A stretch of DNA of 64,000 nucleotides, from positions 19,182 through 83,181 of the forward strand of contig CADBGN010000007.1 of the NCBI GenBank assembly GCA_902794155.1. The letters are read 5' to 3'. The notes below the pieces were generated by a model. The model saw nothing but the letters and a program-made list of their open reading frames with translations. It did no database searches and had not been told where the DNA came from. The translations under genes and the position numbers were made by a program. This DNA is from an uncultured Bacteroidia bacterium. GTDB taxonomy: Bacteria; Bacteroidota; Bacteroidia; Bacteroidales; F082. Below are positions 23,407-32,314 of this stretch, piece by piece (within the stretch, counting starts at the first letter, position 1; each line of letters begins with the position of its first letter).

Positions 23407-25566
23407 ATGAAAAAATTACACTTTATTATTCTGGCGGCGATGCTCGCCTTTGTAGGCTGTGCAAAAAAGCCTCAAGATGTCAATGTGGAACTGGTCACCG
23501 TTGAAAACGAGGTGAAGACCATTGGCTCGACCCAAGCGTATTTTGAATGTGAGTTCGAATACCTCAACGAAATCACCAAGGCTTTGTTGGTCTATTGCGA
23601 AGACGACCAATTGAAGTATGCCCAGACCTCAAAACTTGAATATGTTGACGGCAAGTGGCTGACTCAAATGAATTACCTTGAGAAGAAGACCAAGTACTAT
23701 TACAGGTATGAGTTCTATAACGGTTATAACCTGATGTGGACCGAAATCTTCAATTTCACCACTACGGATCAGCAAGATAAGCCGAGCGTCGAAACTGTTG
23801 AAGCCACCAACATCACGATGAATTCGGCTACGGTGGAAGGCAACGTGACCAACGATGGCGGATCTCCGGTCACGGAGCGCGGTATCTGTTACAGCATTTA
23901 TGAGAATCCTACTCTGTCTGATTCCGTACGTCTGGCTGGCACGGGCATAGGACGCTATTACTGTGAAATGACTAACTTAACCAATGCAACCACCTATTAT
24001 ATCCGTGCTTTTGCCACCAATAGCGAAGGGACGAGTTTTGGAGATGTGATTACCGTTCGTACTGTGGAGCATCCCATGCTCCCGACGGTTACCACGGATG
24101 AGGTTTCCGATATCACCCTCAACACGGCAGTTTGTGGCGGCAATGTGCTCAGCGACGGCTTTGCAGAGATTACGGAAAGAGGCATCTGCTATGCTACGCA
24201 CGAAGAACCGACTGTCTTTGATTACAAGGTGCCAGGTGGCGAAGGCTTGGGTCTGTTCCAATGTCGTATGTCTGGTTTGGAGACCCTCACCACTTATTAT
24301 GTACGTGCATACGCCAGAAACAGTGAAGGCTATGCTTATGGCAATGAGGTGACCTTCGTTACGGCCGATGAAACCTTCCTGCCAGAAGTGATTACTCATG
24401 AGGTGACAGACTTCAACCATTTCTATGCCATCGGTGGTGGTGAGGTGGTTTCCAATGGTGGTTTAGACATTATTGAACGTGGTATCTGTTGGAATACTTC
24501 GCCTACTCCTACCACTACGGACAATAAGCTGACCGCTGGAACAGGCATGGGCGAGTTTGAATGCCGTATCACCTACCTGTTTGGCAACACCACCTATTAT
24601 GTACGCGCCTTTGCTGCCAATGAAGCGGGCATGAAGTATGGCAATGAGGTGACCTTTACGACCCCGCCTCATCCGAATACGGCTCCTGAAGGTTCCATCC
24701 CTTCATTGTTCTCCATCAGCGATAACCAACAAGTGTTCTTCTCACAAGGCAACTTGCAGTATCGTGCTTCATCCAACTCTTGGCGTTTTGCCGAACACCA
24801 ATATGATTTTGTAGGAGGTTCAAGTGATGATTATTGGTCAGGAGGAGAATTTGGCAATGTTTATGAAAACGGAGTGAAATGCAGTAACAATGAGATTTCG
24901 CAAACTTATTCAGGTTGGATCGACCTGTTTGGTTGGGCTACTTCGGGCTGGAACAACAACAACCATTACTATCATCCATACGATTACGAATCGACAGGCT
25001 GGACTGTGGATGGTTATGGCTATGGTTATTGGGATGGCCAGTATGCTAATTATTCAATGGCAGGTGACTATGTCAATATGGACTGGGGCGTATATAATCC
25101 TATTACTAATGGTGGTAACGAGGCAGGCAGATGGAGAACACTGAATTGCAGTGAATGGAATTATGTATTGCAATACCGTCACGATGCCACCTATAAACGT
25201 TCAAGCGCCACAGTGAATGGCGTCGAAGGTTACATCCTTCTACCTGATGCTTGGATTCTTCCTTCGGGTCTCACATTCACAGCAAACGCACCTGATTTCG
25301 TGACCAATAATTACGATCTGGCTAAATGGGCTATCATGGAGAATGCGGGTGCCGTGTTCTTCCCACGGGCAGGGAGACGTTATTACGGAGACGAAGGTGT
25401 CAGATACGATTCATATTATGATTATTACTGGTCTTCATCGCATGATGCGTCGGCATCTTACTCTACCAACGATAATGCCTATTGCGCCAGTTTATCTTAT
25501 TTCTCAGGGTACTATGGTATGTCACGCAATAGCGGACTTCCCGTTCGTCTCGTGCAGAATTACTAA
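23407..25566 (+). CDS. surface lipoprotein with three to four ~95-aa tandem domains plus a conserved C-terminal domain
   Basis: Lipobox AFVGC. ERGICY/ERGICW-containing repeats span ~23782-24667. The C-terminal FSQGNLQY...WRFAEHQYD...GWIDLFGWATSG...VRLVQ domain is shared with 25639..26481. Confidence 0.75.
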   Translation: MKKLHFIILAAMLAFVGCAKKPQDVNVELVTVENEVKTIGSTQAYFECEFEYLNEITKALLVYCEDDQLKYAQTSKLEYVDGKWLTQMNYLEKKTKYYYRYEFYNGYNLMWTEIFNFTTTDQQDKPSVETVEATNITMNSATVEGNVTNDGGSPVTERGICYSIYENPTLSDSVRLAGTGIGRYYCEMTNLTNATTYYIRAFATNSEGTSFGDVITVRTVEHPMLPTVTTDEVSDITLNTAVCGGNVLSDGFAEITERGICYATHEEPTVFDYKVPGGEGLGLFQCRMSGLETLTTYYVRAYARNSEGYAYGNEVTFVTADETFLPEVITHEVTDFNHFYAIGGGEVVSNGGLDIIERGICWNTSPTPTTTDNKLTAGTGMGEFECRITYLFGNTTYYVRAFAANEAGMKYGNEVTFTTPPHPNTAPEGSIPSLFSISDNQQVFFSQGNLQYRASSNSWRFAEHQYDFVGGSSDDYWSGGEFGNVYENGVKCSNNEISQTYSGWIDLFGWATSGWNNNNHYYHPYDYESTGWTVDGYGYGYWDGQYANYSMAGDYVNMDWGVYNPITNGGNEAGRWRTLNCSEWNYVLQYRHDATYKRSSATVNGVEGYILLPDAWILPSGLTFTANAPDFVTNNYDLAKWAIMENAGAVFFPRAGRRYYGDEGVRYDSYYDYYWSSSHDASASYSTNDNAYCASLSYFSGYYGMSRNSGLPVRLVQNY

Positions 25567-25591
25567 TTTCTAATAATAATGCAAAAAAGTC

Positions 25592-25620
25592 AAAGAGGGT
25601 GTAAAAACCCTCTTTTGCTT
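25592..25620 (+). terminator. intrinsic terminator
   Basis: Stem aaagagggt/accctcttt with loop gtaaaa, followed by a T-rich tail. Confidence 0.7.
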
Positions 25621-25638
25621 TCGTAAAAAACATAGGAT

Positions 25639-26481
25639 ATGAAGACTAAAGGATTAACAATAGGTATTTGCTTGCTTCTTGTTGCTTTTGTGGCCTGCAA
25701 AAAGGAAAACGAAAATGGAAACAGCAACGGAGGCAATGAGCATCAGACAGAAGGCAGCCTTTCGGGCGTGTTTTCGGTAGGCAACGGCAAGTCGGTGAGG
25801 TTCTCGCAAGGCAACTTGCAGTATCTAGCCTCAACAGATACATGGCGTTTCGCGGAACATCAATACGACTGCATCGGCAGCACTAACAGCAACATCAGCC
25901 TATTCTATCAGGGTTGGGTGGATTTGTTTGGCTGGGGCACCAGTGGTTACAACGACGTGAAGCCCTGGCTCATTGATTACGACATGGATGCCTTAAGTAT
26001 CACTGGCACGAAATACGACTGGGGCCTGAACAACGCCATCTCAAACGGCGGCAACAAGCCAGGCTTGTGGCATTTGCTCGCTATAGATGAATGGGAGTAT
26101 ATTGTCGATAGACGTAACGGATCGCGATTTGCCAAGGCTACCGTTAACAACGTGCGCGGCCTTTTGCTCCTTCCCGACGGATGGAGTACGGCCACCTATG
26201 CATTAGATGCCATCAATGACGCGCAAGGTGGATATGAAAGCAACTATATCTCTGCAACAGATTGGAGCGACATTCTGGAAGCCAACGGTGTAGTGTTTCT
26301 GCCCTGTGCAGGCATACGTGAAGGTACTACGGTGAATTATGTGAACGGATTTGCTCGATACTGGTCTTCTACCTACATCGAGAAAGCCCGCAGCCTATTC
26401 ATCCACCAAAGCGACGTGCGCCCCGAAGGGGCAGATTATCATTGGGGGCTTGCTGTGCGGCTGGTGCAGGATGTAAAGTGA
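25639..26481 (+). CDS. lipoprotein consisting mainly of the conserved C-terminal domain seen in 23407..25566
   Basis: Lipobox AFVAC. FSQGNLQYLASTDTWRFAEHQYD...GWVDLFGWGTSG...AVRLVQ. Confidence 0.75.
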   Translation: MKTKGLTIGICLLLVAFVACKKENENGNSNGGNEHQTEGSLSGVFSVGNGKSVRFSQGNLQYLASTDTWRFAEHQYDCIGSTNSNISLFYQGWVDLFGWGTSGYNDVKPWLIDYDMDALSITGTKYDWGLNNAISNGGNKPGLWHLLAIDEWEYIVDRRNGSRFAKATVNNVRGLLLLPDGWSTATYALDAINDAQGGYESNYISATDWSDILEANGVVFLPCAGIREGTTVNYVNGFARYWSSTYIEKARSLFIHQSDVRPEGADYHWGLAVRLVQDVK

Positions 26482-26504
26482 AAGAATCATGAATTCTGAA
26501 GCAA

Positions 26505-26539
26505 TGTAGAGACGCGCCATGGCCCGTCTCTACATTTTT
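26505..26539. terminator. bidirectional terminator hairpin (GAGACG palindrome family)
   Basis: Stem tgtagagacg/cgtctctaca followed by T5. Lies between convergent genes. Confidence 0.7.
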
Positions 26540-29093
26540 ATTTCAACTTCGCCATCACCTTCAGCAGCTGCTCGCCCAAGCCGATGGTGTAGCCCTGCTT
26601 CACAAACACCACCTCGCTGTTGGTGTTGGCGATGAGGAAGATGGGGCGGACGTCGGGGTTGAGGTGCATACATTCAATGATTTCGTCGCGGGTGGAGCCG
26701 TCGTCGATGCCATAGACGATGCCTTCGGGCAGCTCGTTGAAGTTCTTTAACTTGAATTTGTCATATTCCTCTTTGCTACTGAAGATGAAAATCATCGGCA
26801 AACCGCTGTCCTCGAAGTTCTTGCGGAAGGCGGCGATATCCTGCATGGCGTGGGTGGTGGGCTCGCTGCCTTGGTCAAGATAGCCGAGGATGAAATAGTC
26901 GTTGCCCATCAATAGCCTTGGGTTGCCGTCTTCGCCCGTCTCAGGGTCGGTGAAATGGATGTCGGCGTAGAAGCAACCGATGACGTGGACGTCGTGGTCG
27001 GCTTCGCGCAAAATGAGGTTCACTTGTGTGGTCTTGTCAGCCTCGATGCTGAAGAACTCACTGTGGGTCAGCGCCGTGCCATCTTCCAGACGTGTGCCTG
27101 CCGTGAGGATGTAATATCCCCCGTCCAAAGGCGTGGGATGCTCGAAAGCGGAGAGCATCATTCCGTCGTCAATGCCAGGGTCTTTAGCGTCGTATGCCAG
27201 CAGTCGGAAACTGTTGCCGTCAAACTTCTTGATGCTGAAGTGTGTGTAGTATTTCGGGTCAGACACGGAAGCGATGGGGTAGTATTGGATGTCCAAGTAT
27301 CCCACGGCGGCATTGGCAGGCTCAGTAGCTTCGAAGTCCACATTGGTCCATTCCTTGCCGAAGTATTGCACATTGCCGTTCACGGGGTTGATTTGTGCGG
27401 CAATGCCCAAACTACGTGCCATGCTGACGAAGAAGATATCGCGCGAATGGCGGTCGGCCTTGCGGGCTTTCAATACGCCCAAAGGAGAGATGGGAATGCG
27501 TTGTAAGGCCAAATTGTCGTTGGCTTGTATATTCTTTTTTACCCAATCGACCAACAATGCGGGATTGTCATGGTATTGCCGTCTCTCCGCTTCAGGGAAG
27601 AACTCGGAAAGGGTCTTGCGGTAAGGCACGATCATTTCATTGCTCACTCTAGGACTGAGAATGTACTGTGCATAGAGTTCATGCGGCATGGAGATGATGG
27701 ATTGCTCGAGACCAGGTGTGTTGTCGAGATGGTCTTTCAGCACCTCAAGGCTGACATCGCGCAAGTCTTTGTCGGAGATGTTGCTGAGTAGCTCCACTGC
27801 CTTGATCTCTTGGTTCTTGCTTTGGGCGTATTTCACGAAGTCGGCGATGGTCTGCCAGTTGCCCCAGGTCTTTTCGTAGATGCTGCAAAGCTTTTTGTTG
27901 CCCGTATTTATAATCACGTCCATCTGGGCTTTCTTGCAGTTGGCAATGTAGGCGTTGCGCAGCGAGTCTTCAAAGGCTATGTGGCGGTCGTTCTCGGCAC
28001 GCATCTCGGTCGTCACCTCGGGCAAGACGCTGGTCGGGGCAGGCGGTACCATGTCGAACTCAAAGATGTTGTTTTGGCCCTGCTCATGGTCAAGGGTGAT
28101 GGTGATGTTGTCTTTCTCGCCCGACTTGAACACTTGAAAACCGAACTTGCCATCCTTGGCGGCGTAGGCCATCATGCAGCCCAAGCCAGAGGTAAGCCAG
28201 GTCTGGCCGTTCTCATCGGTAGTTTTCGTGACTACGGTGCAGAACTCGGCATAGTTATAGATCTTGAACTCCACGGGCAGGTTGGCTTGGGGCTTGCCAT
28301 CGCTGTCTACCACAGTGAAAGTGGTCTTGGCGGTCTTTCCGTAGTTGTCCACTACGTTGATTTCTGTGTAGTTGACACTGCGGCTGATGACCTCCTCGGG
28401 GCCGTCGTAGTCGCCGAAGACGCGGGTGTGTAATAACAAGGTGCGTGAGGCAGGCTCGTTGAACCAACCTAAGTCGAGCACGGGCTCAGGTTCGCAGGCG
28501 CCGAGGAAATGCCATTGTCCGTCCACCCAAGCCTCCACCCAGGCGTGGTTGTCGTCGCAGTGCGCCCAGCGAGGGGTATAGACCTGTCGTGCAGGAATGC
28601 CCACGGTGCGTAAGGCGGTCACCAGCAGCGTCGACTCTTCGCCGCAACGGCCCCACGAGGTTTTGATGGTGGCCATAGGCGAAGAAGTGCGGCTGTCGCT
28701 GCCCTTGTAGTTGACATGCTCGTGGCACCAGTGGTTCACTTCGAGGACGGCATCGTAAAGCGTCAAATCCTTCACTCGCCCTTTCAGCTCCTCATAATAG
28801 GTGGCACGGAAGCGGTCGAGATTCTCGTTGTTGACGCGCACAGGCACCACGAAGTGCTTGAACTCGCGCTCGGGGATGCTGTCGCCCCATGGCATTTCCT
28901 GTTTGGCGAGGAAGGCATAGTGGACGCATTCGCGATAATAGTCCTCGGCATAATCGACGCTATCGCCGAGCGGCATGTATTGGTAAAGGAATTCCAAAGC
29001 TGCTTTTTCGTTGAAAGCTAGTTTCTTTTCGGTCGAGCAGGCGGAAAAGAGTAATGCAAAGGCAGTAATGAGTGTGAGTAAGGAGTTTTTCAT
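26538..29093 (-). CDS. transglutaminase-like domain lipoprotein (851 aa)
   Basis: Lipobox LFSAC. The Cys-His-Asp core lies in WGRCGEESTL...RWAHCDDNHAWVEAW. Confidence 0.85.
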   Translation of the reverse strand: MKNSLLTLITAFALLFSACSTEKKLAFNEKAALEFLYQYMPLGDSVDYAEDYYRECVHYAFLAKQEMPWGDSIPEREFKHFVVPVRVNNENLDRFRATYYEELKGRVKDLTLYDAVLEVNHWCHEHVNYKGSDSRTSSPMATIKTSWGRCGEESTLLVTALRTVGIPARQVYTPRWAHCDDNHAWVEAWVDGQWHFLGACEPEPVLDLGWFNEPASRTLLLHTRVFGDYDGPEEVISRSVNYTEINVVDNYGKTAKTTFTVVDSDGKPQANLPVEFKIYNYAEFCTVVTKTTDENGQTWLTSGLGCMMAYAAKDGKFGFQVFKSGEKDNITITLDHEQGQNNIFEFDMVPPAPTSVLPEVTTEMRAENDRHIAFEDSLRNAYIANCKKAQMDVIINTGNKKLCSIYEKTWGNWQTIADFVKYAQSKNQEIKAVELLSNISDKDLRDVSLEVLKDHLDNTPGLEQSIISMPHELYAQYILSPRVSNEMIVPYRKTLSEFFPEAERRQYHDNPALLVDWVKKNIQANDNLALQRIPISPLGVLKARKADRHSRDIFFVSMARSLGIAAQINPVNGNVQYFGKEWTNVDFEATEPANAAVGYLDIQYYPIASVSDPKYYTHFSIKKFDGNSFRLLAYDAKDPGIDDGMMLSAFEHPTPLDGGYYILTAGTRLEDGTALTHSEFFSIEADKTTQVNLILREADHDVHVIGCFYADIHFTDPETGEDGNPRLLMGNDYFILGYLDQGSEPTTHAMQDIAAFRKNFEDSGLPMIFIFSSKEEYDKFKLKNFNELPEGIVYGIDDGSTRDEIIECMHLNPDVRPIFLIANTNSEVVFVKQGYTIGLGEQLLKVMAKLK

Positions 29094-29212
29094 GACAGAG
29101 ATATTTTCTGCAAAGGTAGTAATTAATGCAAAAAAGGTGGTAAACCTACCACCTTTTAGCCAACATTTTGTTCGGACCGTCTCGCGTCCCCTGTCTGATA
29201 GTCCCGCGTCTT

Positions 29213-30364
29213 TTATGCCATAAACTCTTCCAAAGAGGAGAATAGGATCTCTTTCAGTTCCTCTTTGTGCTCGGGCGTGGTCTGCGTGAACAGGAATCCC
29301 CAGATGCTCATGGCAGGGTTCATGATGTCGCGGGTTTCTAAAACGCCGTGGAAGTGCCGCTTGATACGCTCGAAGTCGAGCTTGCGGTTGGTGTCGTAGG
29401 GCTTGTCCAGGACGATGAAGCTGAATACATCATTCTCAATGCCGTTCCACATGGTGGCATAGTCGGGACGAATGCCTTCGAAATAGCACTGTACAGGCAG
29501 CAAGTGGCAGGTGTGGCGCGTCAGGTCGTTGAGGCACATGCCGGCGAAACGCAATGGGTTGACCTCAATCGGGATGGCACGACCCGTGTTTTTGTCGACG
29601 CGGAACTCCACATGCATCGGGAAGTTCTTCAGTCCCAGTACGCCGTTCAAGTCGATGCAGAACTGGTTGAAAGCCGGATAGTTGGCCTCGAAGATCTGCT
29701 TGCTCATGCAGTAGAGGCGGTCGCTGACGTCAGTCTCGTTCTTGAAGATGTGGTGGAAGATGTTGATGATGTTGGGCTTGCCCTCGGCATCATAGTAGGC
29801 ATCTACGGCATATTCCTCGCCCTCGATGAACTGCTCGAGCACGAACTTTTCGCTGCGCACCACGGTCTCTGGGAAGACGGCGCATTGCTTGGCGAAGTTT
29901 TGGTCGATGTCATCCAAAGCGGCTTGCCATTCAACCTTGTTGCGGACAATGTACACGCCTACGCTGAGGAAGCCCACAGCGGGTTTCAGTACCAAAGGCA
30001 ACGGCAACTCGTCGGGGTTGAGGCTGCGCAAGGCTTTCATCTCCACCTCTTTGTAATAGAAGTCGGGATAGATCTGCTGGCAGATGCGACGGAAGGCAGC
30101 CTTGTCCTTCAATATCTTTACCTTCTTCACCAGCTCCGACTCAGGCAGTTGGGCGTAGAGCCACACCAAGGCATTCTCGGAGACGGCATACAACTGATGG
30201 CTTTGTTCGTATTTCTCGACGAAAGCCTTGTCATCCAAAAGGTTGAGTTGGTGGCCTTGCTGTTTCAGCACCTCGGCCATGTCGTTATGCAAAACGGGGA
30301 TTTGTTTCTCTTCCAGATAGGCCACTAACGGGGCGGATACGTATGGTTTTTCTAAAATGATCAT
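29213..30364 (-). CDS. ATP-grasp domain protein, substrate unknown
   Basis: LVLKPAVGFLSVGVYIV, EQFIEGEEYAVDAYY and MHVEFRV...IPIEVNPLR fit the ATP-grasp fold pattern. Confidence 0.75.
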   Translation of the reverse strand: MIILEKPYVSAPLVAYLEEKQIPVLHNDMAEVLKQQGHQLNLLDDKAFVEKYEQSHQLYAVSENALVWLYAQLPESELVKKVKILKDKAAFRRICQQIYPDFYYKEVEMKALRSLNPDELPLPLVLKPAVGFLSVGVYIVRNKVEWQAALDDIDQNFAKQCAVFPETVVRSEKFVLEQFIEGEEYAVDAYYDAEGKPNIINIFHHIFKNETDVSDRLYCMSKQIFEANYPAFNQFCIDLNGVLGLKNFPMHVEFRVDKNTGRAIPIEVNPLRFAGMCLNDLTRHTCHLLPVQCYFEGIRPDYATMWNGIENDVFSFIVLDKPYDTNRKLDFERIKRHFHGVLETRDIMNPAMSIWGFLFTQTTPEHKEELKEILFSSLEEFMA

Positions 30365-30387
30365 TGTTAAATTGTTATTATGCGGTT

Positions 30388-30417
30388 TGTAGAGACGGTG
30401 TGCACACCGTCTCTACA
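30388..30417. repeat. perfect 30-nt palindrome of the GAGACG family
   Basis: tgtagagacggtgtg/cacaccgtctctaca. Lies between the purA stop and the ATP-grasp start. No U-tract follows on the coding strand. Confidence 0.85.
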
Positions 30418-30420
30418 GGG

Positions 30421-31698
30421 TTATCTATAAATATTCTGTGTCCTGTCGGGCCCGTACGAAACGAATTTGATCGGCACGCCGACATAATCCTCAATGAATT
30501 TAATATAGTCTTCCAGTTTCTGTGGAATCTTGCCTTCAATCTTCTGCTGCCAACCGGGAATTTCAGTGTAGACGGGTTCCATCGTCTCAGTGCAGGCAGC
30601 AAAAGGCAACCGTTTGGTGTCTTGCCCGTTGTAGCTGTAGGCAGTGGCGACTTTAAGGGTGGCGAAGTCGTCCATGACGTCGCTCTTCATCATCATCAGG
30701 TCGGTGACGCCGCTGAGCATGACGGCATACTTCAGCGCGGGCAAGTCGAGCCAGCCGCAGCGACGTGGGCGGCCTGTGGTGGCGCCAAACTCGTGCCCGT
30801 TCTGGCGAAGCATCTCGCCCGTCTCATCGAACAACTCGGTGGGGAAGGGGCCTGTTCCCACGCGGGTACAGTAGGCCTTGAAGATACCATACACCTTGCC
30901 CACGCGGCTCGGGGCAACACCCAAGCCGGAGCAAACACCAGCAGCGATGACATTAGAAGAAGTCACAAAGGGATAACTGCCAAAGTCCACGTCGAGCATG
31001 GAGCCTTGGGCACCTTCGGCCAGCACTTTCTTGCCGTTGTCAAGAGCCTCATTGATGAAATATTCGCCGTCAACGAACTGATATTGTTTCAAGTATTCGA
31101 TGCCTTCGAACCACAGCTTCTCGTACTCGGCGAAGTCGAGTCCGTCGAGTTGGAAACCCTGCATCTCGAAGCCGAGGCCTGCGATTTGTTGCAGATGCGC
31201 TTTTTTCAGGTTCTCGTATTTCTCGCGGAAGTCGGAGGAGTTGATGTCACCGATGCGGAGGCCTCTACGGGCGGTCTTGTCGGTATAGGTCGGGCCGATA
31301 CCTTTCAGCGTGGTGCCGACTTTCATCTTGCCTAAAGCCTTCTCGTTGGCGGCGTCCATGGCGCGGTGGGTAGGCAGGATGAGATGGGCCCGGTTGGCGA
31401 TCATCAAAGTCTTACGCAGGTCAAAGCCAGCTTCACGCAGGCCTTCAATCTCACCTTTTAATATATGCGGCTCGATGATGACGCCGTTGCCGATGAGGTT
31501 GACGCAACCCGGAGTGAGTACACCCGAAGGGATGTTGTGCAACACAAACTTCCTGCCTTCAAATTCGATGGTGTGTCCGGCATTGGGACCGCCTTGGAAA
31601 CGGCAGACGATGTCATAGTTCGGGGTGAGTGCATCGACCACCTTGCCTTTGCCTTCATCGCCCCATTGTAAGCCTAAAAGTATGTCTATTTTGTTCAT
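30421..31698 (-). CDS. purA: adenylosuccinate synthase
   Basis: QWGDEGKGKVVD, GPNAGHT and GTTxKGIGPTY motifs. Confidence 0.97.
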   Translation of the reverse strand: MNKIDILLGLQWGDEGKGKVVDALTPNYDIVCRFQGGPNAGHTIEFEGRKFVLHNIPSGVLTPGCVNLIGNGVIIEPHILKGEIEGLREAGFDLRKTLMIANRAHLILPTHRAMDAANEKALGKMKVGTTLKGIGPTYTDKTARRGLRIGDINSSDFREKYENLKKAHLQQIAGLGFEMQGFQLDGLDFAEYEKLWFEGIEYLKQYQFVDGEYFINEALDNGKKVLAEGAQGSMLDVDFGSYPFVTSSNVIAAGVCSGLGVAPSRVGKVYGIFKAYCTRVGTGPFPTELFDETGEMLRQNGHEFGATTGRPRRCGWLDLPALKYAVMLSGVTDLMMMKSDVMDDFATLKVATAYSYNGQDTKRLPFAACTETMEPVYTEIPGWQQKIEGKIPQKLEDYIKFIEDYVGVPIKFVSYGPDRTQNIYR

Positions 31699-31716
31699 AT
31701 TTTCTTTGTTTTGCTT

Positions 31717-31780
31717 TCAGCTCTCAGCAATCAGCTTTCAGCAGGCTAAACCTAGCTGATAGCTGATTGCTGATGGCTGA
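31717..31780. repeat. long imperfect hairpin whose arms are built of short periodic units (cagc-type)
   Basis: tcagctctcagcaatcagctttcagcagg pairs with cctagctgatagctgattgctgatggctga with a few mismatches. Lies downstream of the fur stop. Confidence 0.7.
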
Positions 31781-31797
31781 CTGCCAATTATAAACTC

Positions 31798-32241
31798 TCA
31801 ACTTTTCTTGTGTCCATAAAATATCAACGAATGATGCGTAATCTCAACACCCAATTGCTCTTCGATGGAGCGTTGGATTTCAAGCAAACGCGGGTCGCAA
31901 AACTCCATGACTTGTTCCGTATCCATGTCTATGAAATGGTCGTGCTGGCGGAACTTGTATGAGCGTTCGTATTGTGCACAGTTGTGTCCAAACTGGTGCT
32001 TGATGACAAGCCCACAGTCTAGAAGTAGGTCGATAGTGTTGTATAGTGTGGCCCTGCTGACACGGTACTTGTTGTCTTTCATCTGGTTATACAGCGAGTC
32101 GATGTCGAAGTGCCCGTTAGTGGAGTAAATCTCCTTCAGTATGGCAAAACGCTCGGGGGTCTTGCGCAACTTTCTTCGCTGTAGGTAATCGATGAATAAC
32201 TTCTTGACGGCCAGATAGGTATTGTCAAAAGAGTCTTTCAT
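31798..32241 (-). CDS. Fur-family transcriptional regulator
   Basis: Winged-helix region RKTPERFAILKEI...VSRATLYNTIDLL and C-terminal His/Cys-rich metal-site residues. Confidence 0.85.
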   Translation of the reverse strand: MKDSFDNTYLAVKKLFIDYLQRRKLRKTPERFAILKEIYSTNGHFDIDSLYNQMKDNKYRVSRATLYNTIDLLLDCGLVIKHQFGHNCAQYERSYKFRQHDHFIDMDTEQVMEFCDPRLLEIQRSIEEQLGVEITHHSLIFYGHKKS

Positions 32242-32265
32242 TTTTTCTTACGTCATGATGAGGCG

Positions 32266-32273
32266 CAAAGATA
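32266..32273 (-). promoter_or_regulatory. putative -7 promoter box (tatctttg) for the fur-family gene
   Basis: TAnnTTTG on the minus strand, 24 nt upstream of the ATG at 32241. Confidence 0.45.
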
Positions 32274-32314
32274 AGAAAACTTTTCAGATTGATTCTAAAT
32301 AATGCGCAATATTT

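Noticed and set aside
29348-31335. Two long plus-strand ORFs (29348..30328 and 30364..31335)
   Set aside because: They are antisense to the ATP-grasp gene and to purA, both of which have strong motifs. The translations are repetitive and lack motifs, so they are shadow ORFs.
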